Of a stretch of 64,000 bases of DNA, positions 61,303 through 64,000 are shown in pieces; within the stretch, counting starts at the first letter, position 1; each line of letters begins with the position of its first letter. The position numbers and the translations under genes are program-made. Under the pieces are notes generated by a model, which was given only the letters and a program-made list of their open reading frames with translations, had not been told where the DNA came from and ran no database searches. This stretch comes from Promethearchaeota archaeon (lineage in GTDB: Archaea > Asgardarchaeota > Heimdallarchaeia > Hodarchaeales > Hodarchaeaceae), in the NCBI GenBank assembly GCA_048938105.1, contig JBHLMN010000005.1, positions 32,001-96,000 on the forward strand, in the 5' to 3' direction.

Positions 61303-61767
61303 TTGTCTATTATTTTAATTTTTCGATTAATCGCTAATAGAGGTAAGATAAATTTGAAAAAATTCACAGATGATCGTTATTTAAAGATAGCATTCTTGAT
61401 TGGTGGAATTTATGACATAGTACTTGGTTTACCAATGTTATTTCTTCCTGATTTGACTACCACCTTGCTAAACGTCTCAAAACCAGAACCAATAATTTGG
61501 GTTCAAACCATCGGGGTATTTCTAATTATCATTGGATATTTTTTGTTAATTGCTACCCAAGATGCACGAAGGTTTGCCTTTATTGGAGTAGGTTCAGCTG
61601 TGATTCGCTTAGGCTATGCAATACTGACACTTTTATCATGGATAACGATTGGAATTGAAATGGGGTACATGTTCGTAGCTATGACTGATACACTAACAGC
61701 CATCATACTGTTGGTTCCCTTAATATTAACTGAGGATGTGTCTTGGAAAAGTATATGGCAATTGTAA
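61303..61767 (+). CDS. small four-TM membrane protein (start probably about 61333)
   Basis: four hydrophobic helices; GGIYD motif. Confidence 0.7.
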   Translation: MSIILIFRLIANRGKINLKKFTDDRYLKIAFLIGGIYDIVLGLPMLFLPDLTTTLLNVSKPEPIIWVQTIGVFLIIIGYFLLIATQDARRFAFIGVGSAVIRLGYAILTLLSWITIGIEMGYMFVAMTDTLTAIILLVPLILTEDVSWKSIWQL

Positions 61768-61843
61768 TATGTATTAATATTTAATATCAAAAGAGTAGAT
61801 TTGCTAGTGTGAGTAAACTAAAAACTCCTCACTTAAGAACGAG

Positions 61844-62686
61844 ATGAGAAAAGAAATGAAACACTCAGAAGACTATTTAGTTGCGACTGATGGAACAAAA
61901 TTATATTATCAGGTGTGGAAGCCTGACACTACGCCTAAAGCTATTATCCAACTAGTACATGGTCTGGCAGAGCATACCTCACGCTATATGAATGTTGTTA
62001 ATGCCCTCATCCCAGCAGGATTTGGGATCTATGCCAAGGATCATAGAGGCCATGGAAAATCGGAAGGAGTAAGAGGTTATATTAATGCGTTCAATGATTT
62101 TATTGAAGATGAAAGCATTTTTACGAAGCTTATTCAAGAGCAAGAGAAAGACATTCCAATCTTTCTATTAGGCCATTCACTTGGATCAATGATTTCCATA
62201 TTTTATGCGTCGGAACATTCTGACTATTTTACAGGTATAATTCTATCAGGTACAGGTTTTCCAGCTACTAGTAAAGTGAATCCGCTAGTTAGAATGATGG
62301 CACAGATATTATCAAAGATTTGGCCAAAAGGAAAACTCAAATTAGAATTATCGGATGAAATCAGTCGTGATCCAAAAGTAGTTGATGCCTATGTGAATGA
62401 TCCTCTTGTGTTTAAGCATATAACGTATCGATTTGGAGCAGAAATGCTAAAAGCAAATAAAAAACTAGTAAAAGCTAGTTCAACTATTACTATCCCTGTT
62501 TTAGGTCAATCAGGAAGCTCTGATATGCTTATGCTGACCCCATATGAATTATTTTCGCTGATTTCATCATCTGATAAAGAACTTAAGATTTACACTGATT
62601 TATATCATGAAGTATACAATGAACTTGAATTGGATCGTAATCAGGTATTAAATGATTTAAAAGAATGGCTTGAAGCTCATATCTGA
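61844..62686 (+). CDS. alpha/beta hydrolase, monoacylglycerol lipase / lysophospholipase family
   Basis: HGLAEH, DHRGHGKS, GHSLG nucleophile elbow, YHEVYNE. Confidence 0.93.
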   Translation: MRKEMKHSEDYLVATDGTKLYYQVWKPDTTPKAIIQLVHGLAEHTSRYMNVVNALIPAGFGIYAKDHRGHGKSEGVRGYINAFNDFIEDESIFTKLIQEQEKDIPIFLLGHSLGSMISIFYASEHSDYFTGIILSGTGFPATSKVNPLVRMMAQILSKIWPKGKLKLELSDEISRDPKVVDAYVNDPLVFKHITYRFGAEMLKANKKLVKASSTITIPVLGQSGSSDMLMLTPYELFSLISSSDKELKIYTDLYHEVYNELELDRNQVLNDLKEWLEAHI

Positions 62687-62709
62687 TTTCTCTTCACATT
62701 TCTTTACTA

Positions 62710-63066
62710 TTAATTTGTAGTAAGATTCGATGTTCCCATCGCAACAAGCTCTTCAACAGAGTTAATGTTTTCGATAGAGCGCTTTAAAAGAATGACTTCT
62801 TCTGAAGTAACCACTTCCTTTTTTACAAGTAAATCAAGAATGAAAATCAGACGTTTTTTAGCATGAGGAAAGTCTATCTTTGTTTCTGGAATAGAAGTGA
62901 GAGCAAATGCCAACTTCTCTTTCAGATTTGCATTTGGTACTCTTAAAGCATTAGACACTGTTTGGACAAAAATCTCGTCCTCAGTTAATTTGTTAGCAAT
63001 TTTATTTCTCTTTTTAGCAACCTCTGAAGCGTGAGTCACTTTAGATTTTACCTGTTGTTTTTTCAC
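62710..63066 (-). CDS. hypothetical helical protein
   Basis: 118-aa ORF with GTG start. Confidence 0.6.
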   Translation of the reverse strand: MKKQQVKSKVTHASEVAKKRNKIANKLTEDEIFVQTVSNALRVPNANLKEKLAFALTSIPETKIDFPHAKKRLIFILDLLVKKEVVTSEEVILLKRSIENINSVEELVAMGTSNLTTN

Positions 63067-63149
63067 TCATAATACTTCCAAAGTTTATTTCATTTAGAAT
63101 ACCACATTTATAGCTTAAGAACATACTTTTTCTCTTTCTATAAAAGATT

Positions 63150-64000
63150 CTAAGACATGTAGGTAATATTTTTCCTTTTTTTCTTTGTTATCAACAAAAC
63201 AAAGATAATAAACAGCCAAATTTGAGGAAAAGGAGTTGATTTAGCCGAAGTTTCATAGGATATCTCTGGTATAGTTGTTGGAATGTTTTCTACCCCTTCT
63301 TGATGCGGAAGATAATTGATTTTGGAAATAGTTAATGTTAAGTTGTTTAGCTCATTTGAAGATACTGGGAGAGTGATTACACCTTCATTATTTGTCTTTC
63401 CCCGCCAATAATATGTAGAGTTTGATAATGTCGTAGCAACTTGATTGATTGGTTCATCATTACTAAATACCTCTAATATTGTTTCATTTTCCACATTTAA
63501 AACAGTGTGTTCAAGACTTGAAGGGATCATTGTCCAAACAGGAACCTCTGGATCCCCCATTAAGTTATATTGAATAAGAGTCTTTTCTGTACCTTCTTTC
63601 TTCCCATCCAATCTTTTGTAATCGTTGACATAATCAAGCTTAGCCTCAATGAATGCTTTTCCTGGTTGATTATTCCCTTTTTTGAAGAATTGTTCCCAGA
63701 ATCGTGATGATAAACCTTGTGTATACCAACCTCCATGTGTTCCATTATACCAATCTGAATCATAGTATGCCGAACCCGAACTAGCAATACATCCAATACT
63801 TGATGTTCGAAGAAGAAATTCAGAAAGACAATCTCTTGAATATTTAAAAGTGCCTGTTGCACATGCACACAGAAAATAAAAGCCATATTTTCCTTCAGAA
63901 TTAATAGCTGATGATGTACTAATTATACGTTCTGAGGAACTCTTATCAGATCCATAGTCAAATAATGAATCGTTATCAGAGTCAGTTTTGAAAATCATTC
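63150..64000 (-). CDS. C25 (gingipain-like) cysteine peptidase, C-terminal part; begins beyond the window
   Basis: ACATGTF catalytic Cys region, CLSEFLL, IGCIASS, YNLMGDP, TISKINYLP, C-terminal TM + KKKRK. Confidence 0.85.
   Translation of the reverse strand, partial: MIFKTDSDNDSLFDYGSDKSSSERIISTSSAINSEGKYGFYFLCACATGTFKYSRDCLSEFLLRTSSIGCIASSGSAYYDSDWYNGTHGGWYTQGLSSRFWEQFFKKGNNQPGKAFIEAKLDYVNDYKRLDGKKEGTEKTLIQYNLMGDPEVPVWTMIPSSLEHTVLNVENETILEVFSNDEPINQVATTLSNSTYYWRGKTNNEGVITLPVSSNELNNLTLTISKINYLPHQEGVENIPTTIPEISYETSAKSTPFPQIWLFIIFVLLITKKKRKNITYMS

Noticed and set aside
5547-63886. Many 60-115 aa ORFs nested in or antisense to larger genes (e.g. 5547, 6808, 7741, 18939, 25927, 29151, 33376, 41067, 49738, 56008, 63560)
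   Set aside because: Shadow ORFs overlapping well-supported genes, with no recognisable motifs

Overview
AT-rich, gene-dense archaeal DNA, most likely from an Asgard archaeon (Heimdallarchaeia-like). This is inferred from a longin-like domain, an archaeal class III pilin, a geranylgeranyl reductase family gene and several C-terminally anchored surface proteins. I found no rRNA, tRNA or CRISPR array. Most of the window is ordinary: cysS, metabolic and transport genes, and hydrolases. Five things stand out. (1) A candidate regulon at 3763-12479. It combines an RHH regulator with a stand-alone 7TM protein, and a surface protein with a MacB/LolCDE-type ABC system whose second ATPase is fused to a longin (possibly DENN-like) domain. 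A shared 15-bp pseudo-palindrome lies upstream of both operons. (2) A tnpB-only IS200/IS605 element that split csaA, which lets both ends, the TAM (TTCAT) and the guide be read directly. A second IS605-like end at about 40090 also follows TTCAT. (3) Three N6-adenine DNA methyltransferase systems with no cognate nuclease in the cluster, with an orphan pilin among them. (4) A gluconokinase-like kinase, LarA-family epimerase and gnd operon. (5) A membrane-anchored wHTH regulator next to a surface protein with two HFS motifs. Several genes carry lesions: an S41 peptidase frameshift, an in-frame TGA in a phosphatase, and a LarA-family gene with no canonical start.
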